DNA of 64,000 nt from the human T2T-CHM13v2.0 reference genome, Homo sapiens. Below, one piece after another: positions 43,601 through 56,297 of the stretch. Position 1 is the stretch's first letter. The number at the start of each line of letters is the position of its first letter. The position numbers were made by a program, and so were the translations under genes. The DNA is taken from NCBI RefSeq assembly GCF_009914755.1, contig NC_060926.1. One strand, 5' to 3'. The notes under the pieces were generated by a model. That model worked only from the letters and a program-made list of their open reading frames with translations. It made no database searches and had not been told where the DNA came from.

Positions 43601-43903
43601 AGAAACACCGGAATATTTTAAAATTTGAGTTATTCTCCAAATGTTGGATGTTTTCACCTTCTAGCTAGGACGCAGAAACAGCAGGAACACGAAGACTAAA
43701 GAAACACTGGAATATTTTAAAGTTTGAGTTATTCTCCAAATATTGGATGTTTTCTTCACCTTCTAGCTAGGATGCAGAAACAGTAGCAACACGAAGACTA
43801 AAGAAACACTGGAATATTTTAAAGTTTGAGTTATTCTCCAAATGTTGGATGTTTTCTTCACCTTCTAGCTAGGATGCAGAAACAGCAGCAACACGAAGAC
43901 TAA
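43601..43903. repeat. Tandem repeat, 99/102/102 bp x 3
   Basis: Units start at 43601, 43700 and 43802 (agaaacac(c/t)ggaatattttaaa...aacacgaagactaa). Confidence 0.97.
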
Positions 43904-45099
43904 ACAGCCGTGGTCAGCGTCACCCACTTTGGTCTTCCCAGAACCTGAAAAGTCTGTGCTCTGAGGTTGGTTTGGGGAGAAGGATAAATTGCCCCTGGAG
44001 AAATCACCAGTCACCAAAATGTCTAAAGCAGCCCACTATAAAAAGAATATTTTAAGAGGTTAATAGTAGCCAAGTTCCTTTTCCATGACAACCTCCTGTC
44101 GTGCGTTTTGAAATACAGTAAATATTGGCATGAGAAGGGGAGTGACTTAGGGGCTATTTTCAGGAGTCCTGAAGCGACTTCAACTTTAATAGGATAATAA
44201 CTGAGCAGAGTGTTCTGTGAACAGGATAATTAGGAAGTCCATAGTCAGGGCAGCAGCACAAGCTTGTGCACTGAAGGCGATTCTTGAGCTGCTGTTACTC
44301 CTGGTGGGGATTTTCTGTGGCCAGGTCTCTGGTTATATATATATCCTGGCCACTTCCACCCGGAAGCCCTCCTGATCCTTGAAGATCCATGCTTCTCCCC
44401 TGTACAGACTTCTTTTCCCGACTGACCTTCCTCTCTTGGCTTTAGCTTTAGTGCATTGGTTCATGGTGTCAGTTTTTACAGCCATCGACGCAAACCATTT
44501 TGGAGACAACTTTGTCTCCTCCCCACATACCATCCCCCATATGCCTGTATGATGTTCTCCCTTTCCGTGACTCTCCCAGCAAGCCTTTGCTTCTCCAGTT
44601 TCCCATGGTCACCCGCCGAGTCAAGGTTCTTATCAGTTCGTACATGTGTGATAATGAACTTTACCCATCACTATGCATGTAGGTCATTCTTCCTCCAATG
44701 AGAGTTTATTCTGACAAATTACTATAAATCAAGCTTTGAAAATGTTATGTGAAACATGTAATTCTTCATCTACAGAAGACATAGTTCGTTTGTCGTCTGC
44801 TACAGAAAACTTCCCTTGGGGCGTGTGAGCACCAGTGTTATGGGGGAAGAGGATGAGGGTGAAGGGAACCGGCCCAGGGTCTTGTTAGTATCCCATTGTG
44901 CCCCACCCTTGCCCCTTTCTGCATGGGGACTTTGAGGAGCCCCTCAGCCTCGCCCTGTGGCACCCTGCCCTGGAGCAGCCCCCAGTCTTGGGAGACAGAG
45001 TTGGTAGATCTCAGCTGCTGCTCCCTACTTCTGGGTAACTGAGGCAGGGGTGTGACAGTGACTGTCTGAGTCCTCCATGGGATTAAGCATCCATTAACA

Positions 45100-45254
45100 G
45101 TAGTGACTGCGGTGGTGAATCCTTCACTTGTACTTCATTCACTTCTTCACATCTACAACTGTTTCCTTGGCTCAAGAAACTCACCTACTAAATAAATCAC
45201 TTGCATAGGAATCATTGTCTCAGGCTCTGCTCTTGGGGAAGCCAAATTAAGATA
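45100..45254 (+). mobile_element. ERVL LTR 3' fragment (LTR16-like)
   Basis: aataaatcacttgcataggaatcattgtctcaggctctgctcttggggaagccaaattaagata resembles the LTR16-family 3' end; start uncertain. Confidence 0.6.
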
Positions 45255-46509
45255 CTTCCATAGACTCCTTTTTTTTTAATGTGCAAAATGAGGGAAAACT
45301 CAAAAGCTCGCTGGAAATATCAAATGAATTAAAAGTTCATGAACATCCTTGCAAACCCAAAGCACTAAGCTACTTGACTTTGGAACTCCTGTTTCAGTGG
45401 ACCTTCTGTTAGCATTTTAAGGAACAGTGTTTTTTTTCAGAAACGGGTCACTGCGTGTAATGAGTTGTTGATATCTATGGAGTAGGGGAAGTGGTGTCCT
45501 CTTCAAAGGATTCTTAATTCTATGGGATTTGGCGTCAGTTGCTTTTGAATGGTATGTCTCTTCTGCTCATTAGTCCCAGAATGGTATCACGTAAAACAGC
45601 CCAGTGTGGGCAGCCACCCTGTCCTTGCTGATCCTTCCTCAAGGACCTTCTCTTCTCTGGGCCACCCTTGAGAAGGCTAGGGGAGGTATGTTCTAAACTC
45701 TTCTGGTGTTCCGTATTTGCATTTGAAGGTACAGAAACAGAATATCCTGCAGGATGAGTTGCAAGTTAAAATACGTGGGCACAGTACTTTCTTCTATTAT
45801 TTTGGTTGAAGGAGGGGAACAGTGAACACTTCGGGCCCAGAGCAGGCAAGGTTAGAACAGACTCCTAGTGGGTGCAGCTGGCTTTGCCAGTGGCTCTTCA
45901 CCTCCTCAGCTGGGACAAACCACTGATTTATTCTGGGAACATGAACACGGCTCCAGTAATTGAAATGTGTTCTTGTGGCTGCAGCAGTCCTGGGGGCCTA
46001 TGCCTGCTGGCCCATCGCCTGGTCTTGAAAAGAGCTTTGCTCCCCCTACTGGGATCAGTCTATTCTCATCACAAGAAACAAACACATTTGAGAAAACAAA
46101 TCCTTTTCTCCTACCATATAAAATAACACCCAGAATTACCTGTCAATGTGTTTTTTTTTTTTACAAATTTAGCCACAGTGTCTTGAAAAACGCATCAACT
46201 CTTCTTCAGGGCAAAGCAGGCACTGTGAACTTGGCGAGGGCATTGCCAGTGTCTCTTGGCATCATCCTCCTCAAGCATGACTGGTGGTCAGAGCCCACGG
46301 TGTTCTCAGGTGTTGTGTGTTCAGGCTGTCCCATGGAGTCCCTGCAGTGGCAGTGAGAGGCTGGTGAAATATGGGGGTTCCTGCTGGTCAGATGAGGTCT
46401 CGGGCTCAGAGCCGCACCTCAAGAGCACAGCATGTGGTCTCAGGGTGCACCCTGGTATACCGCCTCTTGGTCCAGGGCTATAGCCAATAGGTTAGGTAAT
46501 ACCCCATCC

Positions 46510-46636
46510 TTGGGGCTAAATATCAGTAGTGATGACAATAATGATGGCCATTCCTGTAGTGCATCAATGCCATTACAGGCCTTGTTAGTAGGGTGCCACA
46601 TCTGTTAACTTATTTAATCCTCATTATTCTAAATGG
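46510..46636 (-). mobile_element. MIR, left part (continues at ~48074)
   Basis: aataatgatggcca...ttatttaatcctca, antisense MIR. Confidence 0.55.
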
Positions 46637-47045
46637 TGTTATAGGCTTAACTGTATCCCCTTAAAATTTGTATGTTGGAATCCTAACTCCCAGTACATCA
46701 GAGTGTGACCTTATTTGGAGGGAGGGCCTTTACAGTGGTAATCAAGTTTAAATTAGGTCATTGAGGTAGGCCCTAACCCAGGATGACTGGTGTCCGTATA
46801 AGAAGGGGAAACTGGGAGACAGAGATACACATAGAAGGAAGATGATATAAAGAGAAGACGGCCACCGACAAGCCAGGGAGAGGGGCCTGGAGCAGATCCT
46901 TCCTCCCAGCCTCAGAAGGAACTGACCCTGCCCACACCCTGCTCATGCTCCTGCATCTTCCAGAAGTGTGAGAAAATACATTTCTGTTATTGGAGCCACT
47001 CAGTCTGTGGTGTTTGTCACTGCAGCCCCAGGAAACTTTAATAAA
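46637..47045 (+). mobile_element. MLT1B solo LTR
   Basis: tgttataggcttaactgtatcccc...gtgaccttatttggag...cctcagaaggaac...tgtgagaaaatacatttctgtt; about 400 bp. Confidence 0.88.
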
Positions 47046-47151
47046 AGTACAGGCTGAGCATTCTTAAACCAAAAATTCCAAAATCTGAAATACTGCAGAG
47101 TATGAAACGTTGAGTGCTGACAATGCCACAGGTGAAAACATTCATATTTGA

Positions 47152-47517
<366 letters not shown>

Positions 47518-47604
47518 AAATCTTTTATAAAATTATACCTTCAGGCTATGTGGGTATAAGGTGTATATGGAGCAAAAGTGAATTTCATGTTTAAACTTGG
47601 GTCC

Positions 47605-47974
47605 TGATATGGTTTGGCTTTGTGTCCTCACCCAAATCTCATCTTGTAGCTCCCATAATTCCCATGTGTTGTAGGAAGGACCCAGTGGAAGATGATTGAA
47701 TCATGGGGGCGGGTCTTTCCCATGCTGTTATCGTGAAAGTCAGTGGGTCTCATGAGATCTGATGGTTTTAAAAACAGGAGTTTCCCTGCACAAGCCCTCT
47801 CTCTCTTTGCCTGCTGCCATCCACGTACAATGTGAGTTGGTCCTCCTTGCCTTTCACCATGATTGCGAAGCCTCCCCAGCCATGTGGAACTGTAAGTCCA
47901 ATAAACCTCTTTCTTTTGTAAATTGCCCAGTCTCTGGTATGTCTTTATGAGCAGCATGAAAACAGACGAATACA
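47605..47974 (+). mobile_element. THE1B-like solo LTR
   Basis: tgatatggtttggct...cccaaatctcatcttg...aataaacctctttc...aataca; 5-bp TSD ggtcc/cgtcc. Confidence 0.92.
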
Positions 47975-48073
47975 CGTCCCATCCCCAAGATATCTCATCA
48001 GGTATATGCAACTACTTCAAAATCCAAAACACTTCTGTCCCAAGCATTTTGGATGAGGGCTATTCAACTGGTA

Positions 48074-48200
48074 CCATTTTCCTCATTTTATACAGGAGAA
48101 AACTGAGGCCTGGAGAGGGAGGAACTTGCCCAGGTCCCTTCAGAGAGCAGAGGCTGTGGTGGACAATGAGCCCAGGGTCTGTCCCAGTGTCTACACCCTC
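48074..48200 (-). mobile_element. MIR, right part
   Basis: cctcattttatacaggagaaaactgaggcc...aacttgcccaggtc. Confidence 0.65.
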
Positions 48201-50389
48201 GGCCACCAGCTTCACCAGGCAGTGACTTGCACCTGCTTTCTGCACAAGGCACAGGACTGCATTATTCTCACCATCTGATGGCTTCTCCAGTGGCCTAGTC
48301 CTTCCTCCTGCAGCCCTCATTCCTGTTTGAAGTTTTGAATCAAATTTGTTGCCTCCAAGGCATGGCCTGCATAAAATTTAGTGCACAAAGTCATGTGCAA
48401 AACTAAACTTTGAGAATATGAATTTTGTGCACTAAAATCACTCGTCTTTACCTTGCTTTCCTTATTTGACACATTTTTCTTACTTGTTTTTCTTTTTGCA
48501 AAGTGTAACATACACTTTGTAAAATAACTGGCAAGTATAGAAAAACAGAAATACTCAGTGTCTGTGTCATTTTACTTTGTGGTGTGTGGTCACTGGGTTT
48601 CCTATTGTTCTTTGGCCTTGTCCTTGTTGCAGGAGCTCCAGCTGGTTGGACAGTAACCTCTGGCTGGGGAGTCTTGCCCAGGCCTCTTGGGACGGGTGTG
48701 CTGCCTGCTTTAATATTCCTTCAGTTGTCTGGTTCCTTGAGTGGGCCTACCTTCTTTTGACTGGGAGCCCCGGTAGGGATGGTAAGGATGGCCAGGGTGT
48801 GGGGTCCCAGTGATCAGGCTGTCTAGTATACGTGGTGATTCCAGTCTTCTTCAGCATATCTGCCAGAAGGATATTAAATGTTGCAAAACTAAAATATGGA
48901 GCAAACCAGGTCATGGGTGAGTTAAGACTGAATAACAAATTGCATTTTGAGGTGGGGTCTGGTAGAGAGCATGCTGCAGTTTCAGGATCAATGAGAGATT
49001 TTTCCTTAACCTTTCACTTTTGCAGTCTTCAGCTGTGTGGAACTGGCTAACATGGGGCAATCAATTATTCTAGACACAGACAGCTCTGGCACGTGTATGG
49101 GGAGCGGCAGCACTGCTTACCTGGGCCTTGGAATCCTGTCCTCTGATGTGCCATGTATCTGAGTGACATCAGATGAAGTCTTGGACAAAGGGACTCCCTG
49201 GGCTCTCACTAGTTCTGACCATTTTGTTTTTGGCATGGATTCAACTCCCAGTTTCCAGTGACCTAAGCCTGCTTCTCTGCTTTTCAGTGGGACCTGGGAT
49301 ATTTCTCTACTGTGGGATAAGATAGTATACAATGTTTATTTCTAGATTCCTGATTTTGTTCTTTTGAACCTAATGCAGTTTCCTTTCTAGTCTTTTCTTA
49401 ATAGTTTGCAAAAAGGGGGAATTGCAGATTGGTTCATGAATGGAGATCCTTGGAAGGGGAGTCCCATTTCTTCTCACATAGGCCCCTGGGGAGGAATTAC
49501 TGTCTCCCCCCAGGGTTCCGATCCAGCCCACAAACTTATACAAGTAACTTCAAATCAAGCTGAAGCCACCTAAACCCACCCATTTCCCTTGAAGCCAGAG
49601 CAACAGCAAACAGCAGAGTGGATTCTAGGCTTAACTGGTCTGCCTCCTCTTCTTTCCCTCCTCCTCATTCCAGGTTTGAATTGTGGGCACACACTCAGTC
49701 ATTTGCCAGGCAGGTCTGCAGCAAGATTGAGTGACAGTCTGAGATGCTGCTGTACTTCTTTGTTCAACTGTCAAACTTTGGGAGATAACTTTCCTCCTAG
49801 CTACAAAAGGGAGATTATATAACTTCTTATGCTAACCCCCACTTACCCTCTTTAACTGCACATGGCTTCGTGTGTTTATCACTTATTTTTTCCTTTTTAG
49901 AATAATTTTTCAGGTGGATTGGGTGGAACGGAAATAGCCCCGGGGGGTTTGTTCCTTGAGCTAATTGCTGTTTCTTGGAGTGGGGCTGTGGGATTGGAAG
50001 ATTCCCCTTGACAATCCTTTTCCTTTTTTGGTTCCCTCTCTTCCGGGCCTCTCTGGCACATAAACCATCTTACCTTAGAGATTTACTGTTTCGTACACAT
50101 GTTTCGCAGGACCATAGCTAACAAGGCTGCCAGCTGTGTCTCAGGGTTGTGTTCCACCCTGGGGGTGCAGTGCATCCCAAGGAGTCCAAGGACTGCGGTT
50201 CTGTTCCTGAGCCACGTCCAGGCCCAAACTCCCAGAGAAAAGGACCTACAGAGGCTTGCATCTGGCAAAGCAGAAGATCCGCAGGGAAGAGTTTAATTCT
50301 TTGCTAGAAAGGTGCATGCCCTCTAACAGTGGGGGTAATAGTTATAATAATGGTAGACACCAGCACCAGTGAAGCCCAAGAGATGGTCA

Positions 50390-50730
50390 CGTTTATGGTT
50401 TGAAGAGTAGGATTCTGGAGCCAGGTTGACTCTGTTTGAAGGTAGGCTCTTGACATTTACTAACTTTGTGACGTTGGACAAGTTGGGGAACTTTAAAGCC
50501 TCTATTTTCTTATCTATGAAATGGGGATGAATATGCCTGCTTCACAGTTTACTGAAGGGATTAAATGAGGCAATATACAACTAATGCAGGTTCAGATGGT
50601 GCCTTAGTAACTGGAGCTAGTGTTAAGTGTTGGCGATTTGCCTACGTGGTTGAGTGTCTGAGCTGGGGTTCAAACTCAGTGGCTTCTGATCCCAGAAGAT
50701 GCACACTTTTCAGTATAGGATGTTGTGTCT
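50390..50730. mobile_element. MIR fragments in both orientations
   Basis: tctggagccagg...tgtgacgttggacaagtt...aaatggggatga (+), then gagctggggttcaaactcag (-). Confidence 0.6.
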
Positions 50731-51194
50731 AATATTAGACTCACGTGGTGTCTTAGGATCTTTGGATAAAGAGACTTAGGTGCTTATCCTAAAATTGTCA
50801 TTAACTGTTTAACCACAGATAGTTGGGTTAATTTTATTGTACTGCCTCCATTTCTCCTGTGTATATCGGCATGTAAGGCCCTCGTATTGCCATCAAACAC
50901 GCAGATTAAATGCTGATGGAAGGTGGCCCGGGTAGCAGGTCCTCCTGGTCACTTCACAGTACAGGGCGGGCATCTCTGCAGAAGGCCAGCCTGGCAGCAC
51001 GGTGCACACTGGCTGCAGGAAGATAGGCCAGTGAGGATGAGGTTGGGAAAGGGCTTCACATCAGGCCTAAGTCTTTTGAGTGGAAATGGAATTTTAGGAA
51101 AATTAACTTTGTTCCAATATTTACTAGAGAAAGGAGAAGATTGGAATGGTGATACGGATTTTCACCACCCCTAGAAAATCATCAGTACCCACCA

Positions 51195-51412
51195 TAGGGG
51201 TCAGCATATGGTCCATGGGCCAAATCCAGCCTGCTGCCTGTTTTCATAAATAAGGCTTCACGGGCACACGGCCATGCCCGTTGGCTTACGTGCCGTCTCT
51301 GGCTGCTTCGTGCTCCAGCATCAGAGAGGTCTTTTCTACAGAGACCCCATGATCCACAAAGCCTGAAATATTTTCCATCTTGCTCTTAGCAGGAAGACTT
51401 TGCCAGTCTCTG
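51195..51412 (+). mobile_element. MER58A (hAT-Charlie)
   Basis: ggggtcagca...gggccaaatccagcctgctgcctgtttt...cacaaagcctgaaatattt...tttgccagtctctg. Confidence 0.85.
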
Positions 51413-51481
51413 GTCCACACTGTTACTGGACTTCAGGATAGCACATTGTTCACCACAGAAGGAAAGATGTGGAAATTAAGA
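51390..51481 (+). other. Candidate exon with an acceptor from MER58A
   Basis: ttttccatcttgctctTAG|CAG| (NAGNAG at 51387-51392) and AGA|gtaagt donor (51482-51487); 92 or 89 nt. Confidence 0.4.
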
Positions 51482-51765
51482 GTAAGTGAGACTTCTGGAG
51501 GATCTAGATTTTTAGGCTATGGCTCATGCTCATTAATTCATCTTAGATTCGTCATTTACCAGCCCCACCTAGTTCGCAGCCTGTAAAGTGGGAGGGTGGA
51601 AGTTACAGACATACCTGCTCTCCAGGAGTGCTGAATAGTATTGATTTCTCAAGAAAGGAGAATGGCAGTTGTAGCATGATTCTGCACATTGTCAAGATTA
51701 TGGCTGCCTTATGACCATCGTGCCACATGCATTCTAGTTTTCAGAAAATAATTAAATACAGCATT

Positions 51766-51985
51766 GTGGTTCAGAGCATGGGGCTGGTTGCAGACTGCCG
51801 AGATCCATCTGCTGTTGCCGTGTCCGTGGTGGTGTGATATTCAACAAGCTTCTTAACCTTGGTGTGCCCCAGTCTCCTTGTACCAAATGGGAGATAATAA
51901 TACTACCTCACTAAGCTATTGTAAGATTAAGTGGCTTATAAGTTGGTGCACCTAGTAAGATCTTAAAACATGTTAGCTATTATTA
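51766..51985 (+). mobile_element. MIR
   Basis: gtggttcagagcatggg...caagcttcttaacct...aaatgggagataataatactacctca...tgttagctattatt. Confidence 0.75.
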
Positions 51986-52512
51986 GTGCATAATTCTTGT
52001 TTGAATTAACACTGCTTTTTTTTTTTCTTATGGGAAAAAGACAAGCCTCCCTGAAAGGCTGGCACTGTGAAAGTAAGTCAGACTTTACTTAATTATTGTG
52101 AAAGTAAGTCTTACATTCACATTGCCGTGAGCTGACCAACCTTGTTTAACTCTTAGCTCTTGACAGGCAGGTGCATCAAGGGTGTTGCATTTTTTGACAA
52201 TAAAATACATTTCAGGTTTTAAATTAAGAAGAGACATGTAGGGGAGCTGACATATGCTGACATTTTTGGAACTCCGAGTTAGCTCAGAGACAAAAAATTA
52301 ATTAAAATATTATTTGGAATTTTTTTGGTAATTTATACAATACTAAAATACATTTCCTAACCTTCTTTGAGTAGCCAAATAGATGTATAGAATGAGTAGG
52401 CATGATTGCTTGGTTATAACCGGAAAAGAAGTTAAGAGACCATCTTTTTATTCTGAATAATTATAATGGCTTTTATTTTTATTAAAATCTTTGTGATTTT
52501 TAAATATTCATG

Positions 52513-52862
52513 TGTATTAGTCCATTTTCATGCTGCTAATAAAGACATACCCAAGACTGAGAAACTTACAAAAGATAGGTTTAATTGGACTGACATTTCC
52601 ATGTGCCTGGGGAGGCCTCACAATCATGACAGAGGACTACGAAAGGCACATCTCACATGGTGGCAGACAACAGAAGAGAACTTGTGCAGGGAAATTCCCG
52701 TTTGTAAAACCATCAGATGTCGTGAGACCCATTCACTATCACAAGAACAGCACGGGAAAGACCTACCCCCATGCTTCCCACCGGGTCCTTCCCACAACAT
52801 GTGAGAATTATGGGAGCTACAAGATGAGATTTGGGTGGGGGACACAGAACCAAACCCTTTCA
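52513..52862 (-). mobile_element. THE1A/B-like solo LTR
   Basis: tgtattagtccattttcatgctgctaataaagacatacc...gatgagatttgggtgggggacacagaaccaaacc. Confidence 0.92.
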
Positions 52863-52998
52863 GCCTGTGATTCACACTCAAACTTCTTTAAAGGTATATA
52901 TTGAGAATCCAACTGCCACCTGTGCCTGCTCATTCTCTCCACTGCCCAGCCCTCCTCGCCATGTTAAGTAACTCCTTCAATGAAAATCTTGGATATTC

Positions 52999-53318
<320 letters not shown>

Positions 53319-53339
53319 TTATGTGAATACAAATAAGTA

Positions 53340-54660
53340 CACAAAGTTTATCGTAGGATATATGCTGTTCTATGCTTTGCTGTTTTCACTTAACACATTT
53401 TGCGGATCTTTCCATTTGAATGGATAGAAGGCTTTTTCATCCTTTCTTCAGCGGCACAGTATTCCATTGTGCAGACCTTCCATGGTTTAGTCCACAGCCT
53501 GCTACTTGAGTTATTCCCAGTCTTCTGGTATTACAAACAAGACCCCAGTGACTAACTTCCTCCACTGGGCACATGACTGGAAGTGGGATTACTAGGTCAG
53601 TGGGTACATGTAGTAAATCTTTGGTAGATATATTGACATTTTCCCCATTTCATGTGTTATATCATTTTGAACTCCAGCCAGTAAGGTGTGTGAGTAATGG
53701 TTGACCTACAGCCTCCCCCACAGGGTTTGCGAAATATTTGAATTTTTGCCAACTTGATAGTTGGGGAATGGCATCTTGATATAGTAAGAGTGAATTTCTC
53801 TTCTTATAATTGTGTTTGTTTGAGGGCCGTTTTTCTTTTCCTGTGAATTTTATCTCGTTCCTTGATCGTTTTTTATTCAATTGTTGCTCTTTTACTTCTC
53901 AATTTATAAAGTTATGTATGTATTAAGGAGAATAACTCTTTGGGATACATTTTGCAATGTTTTTCGTTTTGTTATTTATTGTAACTTTCTTTGGTTTGCA
54001 GAAGGTTTTGAAATTTATATATATATGAATTTCATATATATAAAACTATATAAATTTCATATATAATGATATATGTCATATATACATTTCATATATATAA
54101 ATTTATTATATATACATTTCATATATAAACTTTATATATAATATGAATATTGCACAAAGAAAAACAGTTACTCCTCACTCTCATAAGAAATGATTTTGTG
54201 TGAGTATGTACTACCCTTTCCTTTGTCTGTTGTACCATCATAATGAACAGATGGGGTTTATGCTTACTTTTCACCTACCAAAATTATACCAAAAGGCTAT
54301 TGGTTAATCCTGCAAAATGTCATTCTATAATACATATTCTTCTTTTTTTAAAAAAACTGGTCTGATACGCCTTTGAAAATATTATATTCATGCACTTGCA
54401 GCTTTTTAATATTACAGACAATGCTGTAATCCACATTTTCATGCCTGCAATTATTTGTTCAATGGATGAAATTCCCAGAAATTGGGCTTCTTGATCAAAG
54501 GATTAAAAAAATTTAAGTTCCTTGATAAATATTACACATTGCCTCTCAAAAGTGTTAGTTCATTGTATGTTACCATTAGCCATGTTTATTGCTTTCTCTA
54601 AGACTATAACCAAGTTATTACAATTTTTTAAATGTTCAGTTGATTTTATAGGTGGAAAAT
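53340..54660 (-). mobile_element. L1ME-type fragments with an internal (TA)n tract (54015-54150)
   Basis: ttttcacttaac, agtattccattgtg, gaagtgggattactaggtca, tttttgccaacttgatag. Confidence 0.6.
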
Positions 54661-55159
54661 AAGCCCTGTCGTTCTCCACATGAGTAAAGCAGGATGCAGA
54701 GAGCTTAGGAGATGTGCCAAGATCCCAGGGCTGGCAGGAGGCAGGCCCAGGGCTGGAAGCCAGGCCTCCTTGTTCCCAGGAAGGGAAAGCTGCGTATGCC
54801 TTTTGAGTTAATGACACGAAAGCACAGACAACTGGACATGGTTCTTTTGAACATCGTAACATCAATTCATTGGGATCAAATCAACACTGAGCATCAGTAT
54901 TCAGTGTTTAATGCACATTTTAATTTCACTGCAGAGAGGATCGCACCTCATTACTAGCGGTTATTGAGTCACTACTCAGTAAATATTTACTTTCTACGTG
55001 TAGTACATTATACCAAATAGTTGATATTATATGGGCATAAAATGATCTCTGTTACTGGGAAACTTCTGGTGCAGGAGAAGCGGTAAACCTTTTATTGCTG
55101 TTACAGGAGCTTTCTCCCAGGCAGCGAGCTTTAGAGTGTCCATTAAACTTTACTGACCA

Positions 55160-55340
55160 ATTTTTTATGGAGCACTTCCTCTATGCTTGCACTGTTATAA
55201 ATTCTTGGGATAGAATAGTGAACCCAGCAAATAAAAACTACTGCCCTCATTGGGGTGTCTATTCTGGAGAGACAAAAAGAACATAAAGGAGAGAAATAAG
55301 TTACACAGTAGACAGTATTAAGCCTATTGTTTTAAGGAGA
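55160..55340 (-). mobile_element. L2 3' fragment
   Basis: tttatggagcacttcctctatgc...tgggatagaatagtgaac...ctgccctcat. Confidence 0.6.
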
Positions 55341-56083
55341 AAATGAAAGCATAGATGGTAGTGAGTGTCGGGGGGAGCTGTTGGGGAGTTTGCCTTTAAG
55401 ATACATCACCCTGGAGTCACTGGAAGTTTCCATCTGGGAGACGTCTTGTGAAATAGTGTCCTTGGTGGGTATGTGGTCAGCTTGGGGAACCCATAGAACT
55501 GCATCACAGCCTCACTCCTCATCCTCAACAGGGGCTAGTAGACCAGGAGAGGAGAGGAGGTGTGGGCACCCTCGTGAGGTAAAGGTGTCTGTGGTCCTGC
55601 ATAGCTCTGGAGGACGTGGACTTCTTTCTGGAATGACAGGAAGCTCCTAACAGGACTTTATGTGTCAGAGGCCTATGATGGCCTGTGAATGTGGAAAACA
55701 TGGTTGGATATGGTGGGTTCTATTGTTTTTGGTGCTGTAATTCTATATTAATGATGCTCAAGTGACCAAGGACTTGTACTCTCTTAAGAGCACATAGTCC
55801 CATTAGGCCCATTATCATTTCAACAAGATCCTTCCTGGGAACAGACTTCTAGACAGCCCATGTCTTTTCTTTGTGACTGGTGCCTCCAAGCTCAGGGACA
55901 CCTTATAAAGGTTCCAGGGGTAAAAACCCAAGTTCGAACGTGGGGCTGGGAATAATTACTCCACACAGACTTGTGTTATTGTGGGTATTCCCAGCAGGAA
56001 TGTTCCCCGCCTTGAAGACTCTTCCCAGGTTGCCGGGGTTTTCTTGGGAATAATTTGAAGTTGACATCTCTGTTTCCTTCCAG

Positions 56084-56297
56084 GAAAGGTTGCATCAGTT
56101 TATGTGATCATGTTCAAGTCCCTCGAGGTTGGACTCAGAACCAAGCTGAATGCTCAGGAAACAAGTAGGCTGGTTCTGCAGTCTGAGCCTGGACCCTGTC
56201 TGTTTGGAGGCTTTCCTTCTCTCTTTGTGAATATTCTCTTTAGAAGAGAGCTCTCTTTCTGCACCTGTGGGGATCATCACCACCATGTCAGAACTGA
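56084..56297 (+). other. Candidate non-coding exon
   Basis: Branch-like ttgac (56061-65), tctctgtttccttcCAG|G acceptor and TGA|gtaagt donor (56298-56303); 214 nt in unique DNA. Confidence 0.35.

Noticed and set aside
43601-43903. CRISPR or structured-RNA array
   Set aside because: Head-to-tail near-identical units with no unique spacers.
52066-52110. tgtgaaagtaagtc duplicated 31 bp apart, giving twin donor-like gtaagt sites
   Set aside because: Small local duplication; no convincing upstream acceptor identified.
55931-55941. gttcgaac as a Pol III B-box or tRNA remnant
   Set aside because: No A-box, cloverleaf or terminator arrangement.
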